The notes beneath the pieces are model-generated. The model was not told where the DNA came from and did no database searches. It was given only the letters and a program-made list of their open reading frames with translations. A stretch of DNA of 55,755 nucleotides from positions 4,567,003-4,622,757 of the forward strand of contig MU058065.1 of the NCBI GenBank assembly GCA_013265495.1, in the 5' to 3' direction. Both the position numbers and the translations under genes were made by a program. This document shows, in pieces, positions 1 through 12,734 of this stretch; position 1 is the first letter of the stretch; every line of letters starts with the position of its first letter. The stretch comes from Vicugna vicugna. Its lineage: Eukaryota.

Positions 1-184
1 AACATTTTGTGTATATTTCCCTGTGCTATACAGTGTAATCTTGTTTATCTATTCTACAAATTCAAAATCCCGTCTAACCCTTTCCACCCTCCACCCCCCT
101 GGTAACCACAAGTCTGTATTCTCTGTCTGTGAGTCTATTTCTGTCCTGTATTTATGCTTTGTTTTTGTTTGCTTGTTTGTTTTC
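1..184 (-). mobile_element. LINE-1 3' UTR fragment, cetartiodactyl/camelid type, cut by the window edge
   Basis: ttccctgtgctatacag...ccccctggtaaccacaagtctg...tgtgagtctatttctg is the reverse complement of the L1 3' UTR seen in the other young copies in this window. Confidence 0.8.
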
Positions 185-339
185 TGTGGGTTAGAACCCA
201 ATGCTATCGTTATTTATATTGTTTTTACTCTAACTGTTCCACTTTGGTCCTTAGGAAGTCCTTTGGGCTGGCTCCTGTATCAGGAGGCAACTTTTACTTG
301 AAATTGGCATTCATATTATTCCTTTTAAATTGTAGATTG

Positions 340-512
340 CACTTTTCCACAGCATAATAATCACCTGTGGGGGCTGTTAAAATATAATCCTTGTCCTCAC
401 TCCCAATGTCCTGATTCAGAGGATGGGGTTTGGACCCTGTAATCTGCATTTTAAGAAAATGTATGATGGATTGTTAAACTATCGGGCCTCAGGAAACACG
501 TGAGGAACACTG
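340..512 (+). mobile_element. MER5A-like hAT-Charlie MITE
   Basis: aatcacctg...gttaaaat...ctgattcag...ggggtttggacc...aatctgcattttaa...gaggaacactg resembles the MER5A consensus. Confidence 0.65.
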
Positions 513-639
513 TTTTAGAGACAATGTTTCAATACATATTCTCCAGACTTTTGTATCATAAACCTTTGTATATTTCTATCTAGATGTCTAACTCTCAATA
601 TACCTGCCTATCTTATGGGCACACACAATTCGTACCAAA

Positions 640-1080
640 CATTCTGTTTTATAAACTGCTTTATCTTTCATCCAATAATTTCATGAAAGTTTTTGCATGA
701 TAATGATTATGCTCCTACAGTACCTTTTTCAATAGCTATTGTGTTTTATGTATTATAATTAATTAGATTCTTTTTATTATAAATAATATTGTTCATATAT
801 AGCCCATATATAACCAAATAATTCTTTAGAGCAAGTTTATAGAAAAATGTTGACTCAAAAGTGATTCACATGGTTAAAGCTTTGAGAATCTGCTGACCTT
901 TCCCCCACTATTGACAGTAGGTAACGGTGGTTTTCTCCCCATGCCTCAATCAACATTCAGTCACGTTCATTTCATAAACTTGGTAGCCCCCCTCAAAAAA
1001 AAGTAATAGTTTGAAATTCTTTTTGGTGAGGTTAATCTTTTTTAATAGTTTTATTGGCCATTTAAATTTCTCTTTATTAA
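640..1080 (-). mobile_element. Ancient L1M (L1ME-like) fragment
   Basis: Degenerate antisense L1 motifs, e.g. gaggttaatctttttt...ttttattggccattt...tttctcttt; boundaries approximate. Confidence 0.5.
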
Positions 1081-2907
1081 ATGCAAAGTTGAAACTTTAC
1101 TTCTTGATCAAAGAAGTGAAATGGGAAAGCAAAGTTTTTAGGAAGATTGACTTTGTGACAAAAGAAAGGACTAATTATGCTATTCAGAGTGGAATAGAGG
1201 GGTTGCATATCTACTCAGCTTCTGGGAAAAAATCACATACAAAAGTTGCTCCTGTGTATAACCAACACAGCATTTTTGCACTGCTTTATTTGTGGGTTTG
1301 ACTGTCTCCCAGGTTATGAATGGCCCATCTCTTAAAGGGAGAACTTGATCATGCTGGAGTTGTAAATCAATGTCCATCTAGTGCATTCTTTGGTATCGAG
1401 TTGCATTCCTAGCACATGTTAGCTGGAAGAATAAAAGAATATCTTATTGATAGTGAAACATCTAGGATCATCTTTGCACCAAGAGGCGAGTATCATTCAC
1501 TTTCCTGACTCAATATTAGAAGTCATAGTATCTTTTTTTTTTCTTCTAAAAACTGTCACGTATCTTGCTGCCCACAGTAATTGTCTGCTGGCTTAACTTT
1601 CTCCATTTTATCATTTATGCCCTGCCATTCCATAAAAGTTGTTTTGTGGGTTAAATCAGTTAAAAATAATAAAATAAACTTTTAAAATTAAAGGACAATT
1701 TCCAAGAACTTAAAATAAATTGGTTATTGCTGTTGGCAATAAGATTTAGTTATAAGATTTCTGGGAGCTGAGAAAAAAGGTAAACATGTTGAGCTGTATA
1801 AATTTTATTGCCTCTGAGCGGAAGCTTAGTCGGGGAAAACTAGGAGGAAAAACATTTAATCACTAGGACCATTATGTAAAAGGCGTATCAAGTAATATCA
1901 AGAACAATGTCTTCTCCTATAGTTTTGTAAGAAAGAGAAAAATGAAACAAACAATCTTACACACATACACACATACACATGCTCTGCATGCAAATTGAAA
2001 TATGTTTTATCGTTCTTTGACAGCCCAGTTGTGTGGGTTAATTCAGTAAGCACATTTTAATAGAATATAGTTCAGGTATATTACTTTCTGAATATCCAGC
2101 TTTACTTTGGAACAGAGCCCAGAAAACACAGTTCCACGGCAAGGAAGGGACCTGGGACACAGGCTATGTGGTGGGGTACTAACCTAGCACGCACACGTTC
2201 AAGATGCCTGTGCGGTCCCAAAATTCTTTGTGATACACAGATCTTCTCTGGGAAAAAAAGTCTAAGTCTACCTCATATTTTCAAACGTTGGCCACTGATC
2301 CAACCGTGCTTAAAAACTACTTAGTCAAACTAACAGAAAATTCCCAAATCATTTTCATTTGATTTAAACATGATGCCTTCTGGATCCTTTAAAAATTCTC
2401 ATTCCATAAGCTAAGAATCAGGAGGAAGGATCATGGGATTTTTCTGGGAAGGGTCCAAGGTGAGAAAATTGGACTGATGCTCTGGGCTTGCATAATCCGG
2501 AACGAAGATGATGAGGGGAAGCTGATGGACGTCCAGTATTGGCTTTTCAGGTGGGTCCCTGCTTCTTGAGTAACTCCAGGCCGTCCCTGGCAAAGGCTTC
2601 CCTCCTTTTCTAATCTCAAAATCTCTCATTAAAAATTTACGGTGGGCAGTCCTCCAGCTATTTATGACTATGTCTAGACAACTGAAAAGCAGCAGACGGT
2701 GGCAGGGTCGATTCGGGGCTTTCACTCGTCTTGGTGACCAGTTCAGATCAGGGCAGAGTTGGTCAGATCGGTTAAGTGGAAATCAGACGTAAATATGTTA
2801 CCAGAGAAACCAGCCTAGGGAGGGACTCTGGTCATCCTCTCCGGGGGTGGCTGGGGCCATAGAGGAACAGCCGTTCTCTCATTTTCAGCATCTATCGACA
2901 GCATCAG

Positions 2908-3306
2908 TGTGTTACTCTGCTTGGGCTGGCATTACAAAATTCCGTAGGCTAAGTGGCAGAAAACACCAGAATTGTATTTTGTCATGGTTCTGGAGGCTGG
3001 AAGTTCAAGATCAAGGTGCCGTCAACGTTAGTTTCTGGTGAGAGCTCTTTCCTTGGTTTGCGTACAGCTGCCTCTCCGTGTCTTCATATAGTCTTTCCTC
3101 TGAGCACAGGTGGAAAGAGAGAGATCTTTGGGTTTCTTTTTCCTCTTACAAGATAAGAACACCAGTTCTATCAGTTTAGGGTCCCACTCTTAGGACTTCA
3201 TTTAACCTTAATTACCTCCCTAAAGGCCCTATCTCTTAATACAGTCGTACTGGAGGTTGGAGCTTCAACACATGAGCTCTGGGAGGACACAATTCAGTCC
3301 ATATCA
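2908..3306 (-). mobile_element. MaLR solo LTR, MLT1A/B-like
   Basis: Diagnostic ttctggaggctggaagttcaagatcaaggtg and gacacaattcagtccat; TG...CA ends; 5-bp TSD atcag (2903-2907) / gtcag (3307-3311). Confidence 0.85.
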
Positions 3307-3899
3307 GTCAGTGATTAAACAGGGCAAGGCGCTGCTTGTGCAAATGAGATGGCACCTCATTATTTTTAGACAATATGCCTTAATCACCTCGGTGGTAGAC
3401 TGTCAGTCAGCTCTCTTTGGTCGGGGTTATTAGCTAACATCTGTAGTTTGTTCGGAAACCATCTATGCCTATTTGACATTGCTACTGAAAAAACACCTGG
3501 AGACAGGTAGAAAACATTCAGGACACCGGAGGGGAAAGACGGGCAATAATGAATCTCGTGGCCACTAGAGAATTTCTACTTTCAGAAACAGAAGCCTATG
3601 TTATAATGTCTCATAATCCGTGTCAGTCGAGTCAGGCTAAACAATGAGAGAATGCAGGGTTCAGTGCCCAGATAGTTCCCGTTACAGCATGTGCATTTGT
3701 TTGCTTGTGGGGTAATGGGCTATGTGTCATTCTTAATGATGTGGCAAATTGGAGGATTGTGGAAGCATAGGGCATTCTCAGTCTGCGTGTGGAAAGATCA
3801 CAGGATCCTAGACTTTCAGAAATGGTAGACTTGCAGAATTGAGCAGCACTAACAGTCCCCTCTGTTCGTTTGGAGCTTCGAGGTAGAGGAGGCTCTTTG

Positions 3900-4230
3900 T
3901 ACAGTTACTGCCTGGCCGAGGCTGGCAGCGGGTGTGGACACTTGGACAAAGCAGGGCTGGCCAAACTCTTTCTGCTATGAATTTGGAATTGGAACTGAAA
4001 GAAACTAGTTCATCTTTGCTGATGTCTGGAACTAAGAGTGTATAAATACAGGCGCTATGAGAAAGTTGTATTCAAGTGGACCCAGTCAAAGCTGTTCGGC
4101 AGAGGCAGAAGAGTGAGTTAGATGTTCAGAGAGTAGCAAAGATAGATCCTGGAGGAGAGGGAGAGAGAGAAAGAGCAAGCTCGAGAGATGGGAGATAGGG
4201 AGGCAAAGACAGAGAGAGTAATGATTCCGT
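3900..4230 (+). mobile_element. Old MaLR LTR fragment (MLT1I/J-like)
   Basis: ggccaa...gaatttggaattggaactga...gagagag motif order is typical of old MLT1; highly diverged. Confidence 0.4.
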
Positions 4231-4847
4231 TCCTTACGGACTCAGAAGCTAAATCTGATTGGCGTGGCCTTCTCTGTGGGAAGGTAGGTAGGAGCAGGTC
4301 ACAGAGTAGCCGAAGGTCTACTGTTGTGAGTTTTGGAACCCCCCCAAATGGTCTTACTAGCTTTATAGTTTAGACTCTGGCCTAATCTTTATTTCTCTAA
4401 ACAATACTGCCTTCTAGAACACATACGGAGCTGTAGTTTCATCCTGGAGGAGTATCTCAGCATAAAGAATATTGACCCCTGCAATGAAATCCTTTCAGAA
4501 TATCTCAAGACATTTATATATAGATCTCAGAAATATTATTTTATCTTTACTTTTTCTTTCTGGTTCACTGTTCCCCAAGACCACAGCAATTCCAAGCTGT
4601 GCATCTTGCTCCAATGACCTGTTTCTAGAAAAACCCCTTTGCCTTCACCTAACAACCTCCTGAGGTTCAAATCATCACATATTTTTAGCTACAAATTCAA
4701 GAACTTTCTAGAAGGATGAAGAAGGAAAAGATAATGAGAAAGATAATACTCTATTATCATGCAGAGGAGAGGTAAAGACTGCAAATACTTCATTTTTATC
4801 ATTTGTATCCCTCTAGGCTTATGATAGCATATAAAAAAGACTGTAAA

Positions 4848-5177
4848 ATCTTAGAATTTTTGATCTGAAAAGGACTTTTGAAGTCATTAAATCTAGACAA
4901 CAGTTCTACAAATGAGGACCCTCGGTCCTAGATTTGGGAAGCGCCTTCATAAAGATTACACCTTTAAATAATAGCAACCTGATAAAATGAATATATTGGA
5001 AGGGTACCATACTGCACTTCTCATATAACTGTCTAGTGCTGGAACAAGAAGGAACACGGAGATAATTCTTTAGCCTCCTCACTTTGTAGGTGAGTGCACT
5101 GAAAGCCAAGAGAATCAAGTTTAGCCCAGGTCTGAGATGTCATTAATACTAGAGCTAAAATGTAACCTGGTTCTCAG
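4848..5177 (-). mobile_element. Two MIR fragments (~4848-4965 and ~5060-5177)
   Basis: Core-like tacaaatgaggac and actttgtaggtgagtgcactgaaagccaagaga. Confidence 0.55.
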
Positions 5178-5342
5178 AGAGCTTTGATGAATGTCTTTAT
5201 CTCCTTAGACCATTGGCTTCCAAACATTTTATCATTATTTTAATTAAAAAATGGAATCATTGTTTAAGCAAATTAATGTAAGGAATTCTAATTGATGACA
5301 CTAATAATGCATTGAATGAAGTGGTATTTGACAACTTCCCCC

Positions 5343-5343
<1 letters not shown>

Positions 5344-5381
<38 letters not shown>

Positions 5382-5388
5382 ACGCACG
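5344..5388. repeat. (CA)n microsatellite
   Basis: Directly visible. Confidence 0.95.
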
Positions 5389-7223
5389 AGTCCCATCTGC
5401 TTCCTTTCATTATACAACTTGTGGTCTCTGGGGGATGCTGAGAAACAGACCCCTGCAGCACACTCACAACAAGACACTCCCCATCTCCATTTACAAAGTT
5501 TGGGAGAATTGAGGCTTTAGAAAGAGACTATGTCATAGAGAAAATGCATTTGCTCCGAAAGGTCGCACTGTAAATTTGCATGTTTCTACACAGCAGCATA
5601 GAACAAGGAGGAGCAAAATGGATAAGAAGGAAGAAGAGATTGAAACTAACTTGAGATCTGGCCTAGGTGACTTACTAAAGATCAGTAATTATTTTAATCT
5701 TCTGAAAAGGCAGAAGTGTATGGACTTGGTCTCTCTGTCAGACTGAAAGGCCATCACTGATGGACAGGTGTTTGGACAAGAAAACTGGTTCTCTTTCCTC
5801 CCCAACCTGCTAGTCAGACACAAATCGTTTCACTGATTCCCAAGGTGCTTTCTAACTCTCCAAACATCTTCGCATCACAGGAGTCGGCTGACATTAAGAA
5901 ACGAAAACATCTTCTTTGCATGCACGTGCTTGTCCTAAAGTCTCGCCCACAACCTTAAAAAGGAACTCCCTGGACTTTCTAAATAATGAAAATACAGATT
6001 GGGGTAATGAGGGCGAGGATAAGGATTAAGTGAGGAAATTAAACAATCGAAAACAAATGAGAGGCAAATTTTAAGGAATAGAGTTAAAATGAAGACTAAG
6101 GGGATGGCATTTCTTTTATAACTAGTTAGTGGAAAAGTTCCAAAGCTGGCTTCCCCTTATTCACAACCATCTGTCAAATATTATACCAAAGGCCTATTCT
6201 AATAATGTTCTTAAACTACGTTGAATTTGAAATGTCACTAGGATCGGAAATAGAGATTTTTCTAAAATTAAGCTTTCGTATGTATCCTTGTATGTGAAAA
6301 ACAACACGGAGCTTAAATCATGATTTTGAAAGATTTAAAAAAAGTTTTAAAGTCTTAAAATACATATTTTCTATGAATACAAATGTGATCTTTTTGATTA
6401 ATTAATATAAAAAAAGAACACAAACACAAATATTTTTTTAAGTCACTAAAGAAGTTAACAAAGCACAGAAAGAAATGAAAGTGGTTTAAATTAAAACCTG
6501 GAAAGAAACAACCCTAGTGTCAGACTAGAAAAGATGTAGGACATATTTTCAATAAAATATTATACTCACTATATTAAGATTTCAAAGACTCTTAAGTAGA
6601 AACAGGCACACCTGAAACTCAGCCTAAAAAAATCCTGCTGCATAATTCTGGTTTTAATACACTCTCATTTTATCTACATTAAAATATTCTTATAGAGAGA
6701 AGAAAAGTATTACTGTGCTAATTTCACCCTCCTTTTAAAGTTCTGAAGTGTTCTGGTTATAGGCTCTGTAGAAATTCTTGGACAAATAGATTTCTGTGTA
6801 AGAAAATTCAGAAATAAAGATAAATTCATATTATGATCACGAATGGTGTAATTAAAATTAATACCCTGTATCCAAGTCACCCCCAAAAGGACTTTTATTT
6901 CAATATCTGCTTTTATAATTTCAAATAATTGCAAGCTGAAGTAATAAATACATTTATATCCAAATGCATTTGGCATGGCTCTAAAGTTAGAATGAAAATG
7001 AGAAGGAATGTCCGATAAACAATGTGATTATCTTCACCCGATCGTGGATAACTGTCATTCAGGTTAGTTGGGACAGCTAATTGTGTGCCTGGGCAGAAGA
7101 ATTAAGGATAAGAATAATATTGCTATTAAATCTTATTATGATGAACCAAGACCAGCGTGCATGTAACATCAGCATTTTTATTCTGCCAAAGAGTGAAAAG
7201 TGTCGGGAAAATGTTTCAGAGTT

Positions 7224-7420
7224 AGTGTGCTGTGGTGAAACGAACTCTGGAAGTGGAACCAGAAAAACCAACGTGGAGTCCCCTATCTGTCATTTATGCA
7301 GTGCGTGACCTAGGTCAGCTCCATTGTTCTGGGGCTCAATTTTCTCATCTGTAAAATGAAGAGATTGTGCCGGGGAATTTTTCAAAGACCCTTCAGAGCT
7401 AATGTATTTATGATAACTCT
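7224..7420 (+). mobile_element. MIR/MIR3 SINE
   Basis: gtgacctagg...ctcaattttctcatctgtaaaatg MIR core. Confidence 0.75.
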
Positions 7421-7904
7421 AAATGCTTATAAAATATATTTACCATATACCACTCCTCCTGACCCTCAGTTAGGTATAAAACTAGTATGATTCTGCAGAG
7501 CAATATTCAGAGCAGTGTCCTGGGACCTTGGTATCCCCTCTAGAGGAACTGGAAGAGTTTTTATACAAAGAAATGATTCAAAACATGTCTATTTATCAAA
7601 AGTCAACTCCCAGTAGAGTTTCGTAGAAATAAATTGTCCATTTATTATGCATATAAGATTACAAACATGGCACATTCTTGCAGTACAATGATACACAAAT
7701 CAATGCAATTATATAATCATAATTAATAATAGATCATTAATTTTTCCATGAATTGCCCTCTCTCTTTGCACTCTGAAGTATCCTTTTTACAGAGATTTTG
7801 GATTTGTCCCAGTTCTGCAAAATGGCCCACCAGTATCAAGCCACCAGCAGCAGCTGGACTTTTCTAGCCCTTAGGCATAGCTAAGTGGAGCAGCATCAGG
7901 GTTT

Positions 7905-7923
7905 TGTGTGTGTGTGTGTGTGT
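7905..7923. repeat. (TG)n microsatellite
   Basis: Directly visible. Confidence 0.9.
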
Positions 7924-8579
7924 TTTAACATAATCTGCAGAGGTTCCTTGATTCAAAAACTAGGAATTGCAGAACTGGTCTTCCCAATAAGACTGGATAT
8001 TAACTCAGAAAAATACATTGTCTCATGGATTGAGGTTAGTCTAATTCATTGTAGAAGAGTATAAAGTTATTTGAAGAACCATACATTTTTTTCCCTTAGG
8101 AAAATATTTTTTGAAAATCCAATGGCTTATGATAAATGCAAATGTGTAAAATATTTCATTATGAAACACCTGGTTGGAATCCAGGGCAGATCAGTAATCA
8201 TTAGATATAGGTGCATTTAAGTGGCCATTTGCCTTTGTTCACACCTAGTGAAAGTAGATTTCTGATGTAGAAATTTCATACAACTCTGTTCCTAAAAAGC
8301 AACTTCCTACCAATGATCCATCAATTCTCTTTTACCACTTCATTCCAAACTCTGCTCAAATCCAACTGTCTCTAGGAAAACATCTATTTATTAACCAGAT
8401 TGGAGAGGGCTAGCCGCTGCCCATAACCTTTCTTGAGCAGTCCCTATGAGTTCATGAACGTGCCCTTCTCTTCCTCTCTCCTTTAACTCTCCAGGCTGCA
8501 GCCAGAGCCGTGGGCTGAGACAACTTCCTCTACACAGTTCTTTGATCTTCTACATGGAATGGATTTACAATTGCAGTGG

Positions 8580-8990
8580 ACACTTTTTGGTTGAAAACAG
8601 CAGAAACTGGATCTACCTAACATAAGTCAAAAGGAAAATTATTGGACAACAGTGGGCTGCCTAATGGGGTGACAGGGCAGCCCAAAGAGCATGCTTGGCA
8701 GACAGGGACCGAGGCAGCAGGAATTGCTCAACGGCTGCTTGATGGTGGCCCAGCTCCCACTGCTTTCCAGCTTTGCCTCCCTCTGCTCCTATGTCAGTTC
8801 CAGGAAGAAAGCTTTATATTGGTTTATTCCGAGCCACCAGCCCCCCTAACTCCTTGTCAGAAGGAGCACAGGGCACTTGAACCATTCCATTTCATGTCAG
8901 TGAGGAATTTACCCAACAAGAAATAAGAATGCCATTGACAAAAGATAAGGAACTATTAGCTAGGCAAGCAAAAAATTTAGCCAATAATCA
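8580..8990 (-). mobile_element. Old MaLR LTR (MLT1K/L-like)
   Basis: ttttggttg...aacagcagaaac...ctaacataagtcaaaaggaaaattattgg resembles the antisense end of old MLT1. Confidence 0.45.
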
Positions 8991-9059
8991 CTCTACGTTT
9001 ACTAAAGACAGTGGCACAAGAACCTTTGGAAATCACTTAGGTTACCTGTTGCAATAAGA

Positions 9060-9255
9060 GGCAAAGTAATAAAGGAGAAAGATCATGGGCGTTGGAGTCA
9101 GAACCACTTGGCTTTGCTACGTACTACCTGGATGACCAGTCCTTCCTGAGCTTCCATTTCCACATCTGCAAAACAGATTTCCCTCTTGAGTTTATTGGGG
9201 GATCATATTAGATAATACGTGAGAGTCCCTTCCCCAGTAACTGACATTGTGGGCA
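9060..9255 (+). mobile_element. MIR SINE
   Basis: ttggagtcaga...ctgagcttccatttccacatctgcaaaa...gataatacgtga. Confidence 0.7.
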
Positions 9256-9786
9256 TCCTAAATCCCACTAGTTTTACTTTTTTTGGTCTACGGTGAGCAT
9301 CGCTGCCCAGCAATTCTAAAAATAACCCTGGGGCTTTGCGCTTGCTCTTAAGCTAGTGTTTTCTCTTTAGAAAACTTCAACTGCTTTTTGATATTAGCAG
9401 ATTCCCATCCCCCTCTGAAGTTATTGGTGTTGTCAGCAAGTAATTGTGTGCCATGTTCTCTTCCTAATTCTTCCATTTAAGTACTGTGTCTTACATTTTG
9501 TTGCTTAAACAAAAATCTTTATAGTGTGTTTTCTTTATATTTTTACTTAATATTTAACTCAATTCCACCACCATCATTGCCACACCTCTCACCTTCCTCA
9601 TGTAGCATCTGTCCCTCTAGGCTCCCCATGTCAGTCTAGGGACTCAGTGTCAAGGTCCTAGCTGCTCTGTAATGTCACTCTTCCTGCACCCCCACCCCAT
9701 GGCCCCCATTCCAGCCATTGCCCTGCTGGCCCTGACCTTCCCTGACTTCTTTCCAAGAAGTCAATGGATCAAGAAACTGGGGTCAA

Positions 9787-9819
9787 TTGTAACTGACTAT
9801 AATTCAATAAAAAAAAAGT
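9787..9819 (+). mobile_element. Extremely 5'-truncated L1 insertion (33 bp) with 16-bp TSDs
   Basis: ttgtaactgactataattcaataaaaaaaaa matches the L1 terminus at 28400-28430; flanked by aagaaactggggtcaa (9771-9786) and aagaaactgggatcaa (9820-9835). Confidence 0.85.
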
Positions 9820-9961
9820 AAGAAACTGGGATCAAGAATGAATACTAGAATAAAAAATTCTTCTAGTGACCCTATTTACAAGGATTTCAGAAGCTTTAAC
9901 AAGAACTAGGAGATTATATAAATATCTATATACACACACACACACATATGTGTATTTCTTA

Positions 9962-10455
9962 CTTCACATCATCCAGTGGCTTTCCTTTACTCTTAGGATC
10001 AAGACCAAGGTCCTTCACATGGCCAGCCAGGCTCTGCGGGTTCCGAATCCTCTCTGCTTTGGTAGCTTCACCTCGTGCCTTTTCCTGATGTCCGCACACT
10101 GCAACCAGGCTGGTCTCTTGCCGCCTGGGAAGTCCACCTTCCCATCCCTCCCACAGCACAGGCCTTCACCTTAAGTTGCTTCTGCCTCCAGCGTTCATTC
10201 CCCATCTGCCTTCTGCTTGTGCTTCAGTTCCCCAGCTTAGATGCCAGTCTGCCAAAGGCACTTGTGAAGCTCTATACTTCATCATAGCTCTCATAATAAT
10301 TTTCAATACAGGAAAAAAATGTGTATTTTTTTGTTTGTTACTTATTACACCTAACAGACAACAGACTCCAGATGAGCAGGAACTAGCTCCATCTTATTAA
10401 TCACTAGTTGATGCTCAAAAACGTTTAATAAATGAATGGCTGTATGAATGAATGA
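9962..10455 (+). mobile_element. LINE-2 3' end
   Basis: ccagtggctttcc...aagaccaaggtccttcacatggcc...gatgctcaaaaacgttt...aatgaatg...tgaatgaatga L2 tail. Confidence 0.75.
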
Positions 10456-10736
10456 TTCCAACTAGACCTGAACATGGCATATGTGAATAAGTTAGGAAGA
10501 AATTTTTTTTAATCTAAAAATTGTTCTCCATATATCTCAGAGACTTGTTCAGTACTAAGTCTTTATCTTTGTACTTTATTTTCAGCAAGCTTCAGGTAAG
10601 ACAATGGAATTGTTTTCATTTCATGGCTTTGTATCTGTGTTATAAGTCTTATTAAAAATGTAAAATGTTATTTTAAGCATTAGCAAACACTTTTTTTAGT
10701 TCTTTAATGTATGCAATTATTTTTATTAATTTTATA

Positions 10737-10971
10737 AACAGCTAACCTTTATTGAGGACTTGCTCTGTACCACTCACCATGCCACGTGCTTTATAGGCAT
10801 TTTATTTCACCCAACCATCTCACAAGTAAGGGATTATTGTTAGCATCCCATTTCACAGATGAAGGAAAAGAGGTTTAGGGGAGTTCAGAGTTGTTAAAGT
10901 TCACATGATTGTTCTTCCTAGCTGGCCCTTGAACCCAGCCCTCTTCAAAATTAGCCCAAGCTCTTACCCAC
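10737..10971 (-). mobile_element. MIR SINE
   Basis: agctaacctttattgag...cccatttcacagatgaaggaaaagagg...ttgaacccag. Confidence 0.8.
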
Positions 10972-12734
10972 TCAAGAGCTCTGCTAAGTAAATTCTGTCA
11001 CACGAACATCCAGGGGCCAGATATTCTCAGCTAGTAAAACACTGCACAGGATTTCCTCCATGGCTCTGTTTAAACAGCACGTCTGCCCACTGTCACAGGA
11101 ACAGCCATAGTTCTCTAAAAACGCACGGGATTTTTAGTCACTCCTTCTGAGAAGTGCTTCTTGTTTAAAAAGAATCCTATTCTCAATACTTGGTAACATT
11201 TCCCACTTAATTGTTGGAAAAATCCAAATTTCTATGTTTTGAACATTCAGGTAGTCAAAGGATATCGCTGTCAGTTATGATTCTGAAATGTCATTGTGGA
11301 CGACCTGTTGTTTCCTCTGTTATAATATCATCCCTCATTGTCTTGTAATGTTAAAATAAAAATTACATATACATATATTACTATTTCAGAGTTAGTATGT
11401 ATCTCCATGTGGTTTATGTGTATATGTATATGAATAGGTATATAAGTTCAGCTCATTATTAAATTGTTCTCGCCAATATTTTTTCTTTTAAGATCTCCCT
11501 GGACAATGCTAGGACCTGTAAATATAGGATATTACACACTGTGTAATAGAAAATTTTATATATATCTATGAATTCTTTCCCAAAGAGCTTTTCTTTATGG
11601 GGCATTCTGCTTTATCCAAGTTTGTTTGTTCAACGGGTCACATTTAAGTTTTCTTTACAGCTGGCTGTCATTCAGTTCTCATCTGTCTTTGTTATCTGTG
11701 AAGCCAGGTCACAAAAACCAAAGGTTGCCAGTGAGTTCATGGGGGGGGGGGCTGAGTTGGAGAAAATGAGAGAAAAGATGCTCTTGTGACTTAAAAGAAA
11801 CCAGAAAATATATGTTCTCCCGGAATTCAATGCAAAGTGAGACAGCCCCCCTCCCCTTGTCATCTCAGGACCTTCCGTTCACAGAGCTCTGTTCTGCTTG
11901 TAAAAACCACACGAAATACCCAGCGTGCCTCACTTCATGTAAGAGGCTTAGCTCCCGAATGCAGGAAGTTCCCTGCACTGACACTGTCTGTGACCTACAT
12001 CATCACAATCACCCTGTACTGTATTTACCAGCCAACTTGCTCGTGTGGATGACTGTATAACATAAATCCTCATTCAACTTTTATTGTGGTTCTTTCTGCA
12101 GCTTTGAAACAACTTTAAAAGGACCCTAGATTCTAGTATCCATTCTAGCATTTGGGTTGAAGTCACAGAGCAAGTTTATTTTCCTTCTCAAAAAAATGCC
12201 ACTGTTTCATTTCCATCCAGACTGCTCAGAAACACTACTTCCCAGTGGGGCCTCAGAAGGAGTCTACTGGAGCTTGTGTTCTTAAGCAAAATCTTGCAGA
12301 ATGTTCCCATTCATCCCAAGGCTTTGGAGACAGGTTTCACCCCACCGTGCTCTAAGGGCTCCCACCCCTTGCCAAAGCCCGAGCGCGCTAGGCTGCTCTG
12401 ACAGGTGTCATGTTCACGCCTTGTACCCGAGTCGCTCCAGTCTTCCTGAAGGATTGTGGGCTCCTTTCCCCCACCTCCTGTGGGGGGCTGTACATGTCTG
12501 TCCATCTTTCTCATTAGCAATTGGCCAGGTAAACTGGAAACACAGTGGGTGGAGAGGGTTAAATCATCATATTGAGATAGGCTGACTGCCGGGAATAGTG
12601 GGGATTCCTTAGGTTTTGCTGCTGACCCTCCATAAGTCAGTTTCCCTCCTTACAGGAACCTCAAGGAAGAGCAGATAAGAGAACAACACCTACAGCAGGA
12701 GGAGGCTCCTCTCTCTAGGAATGGGAATGAAGGT

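Noticed and set aside
2411..2725. 104-aa minus-strand ORF in unique DNA
   Set aside because: No recognisable domain or convincing splice boundaries; this length is expected by chance
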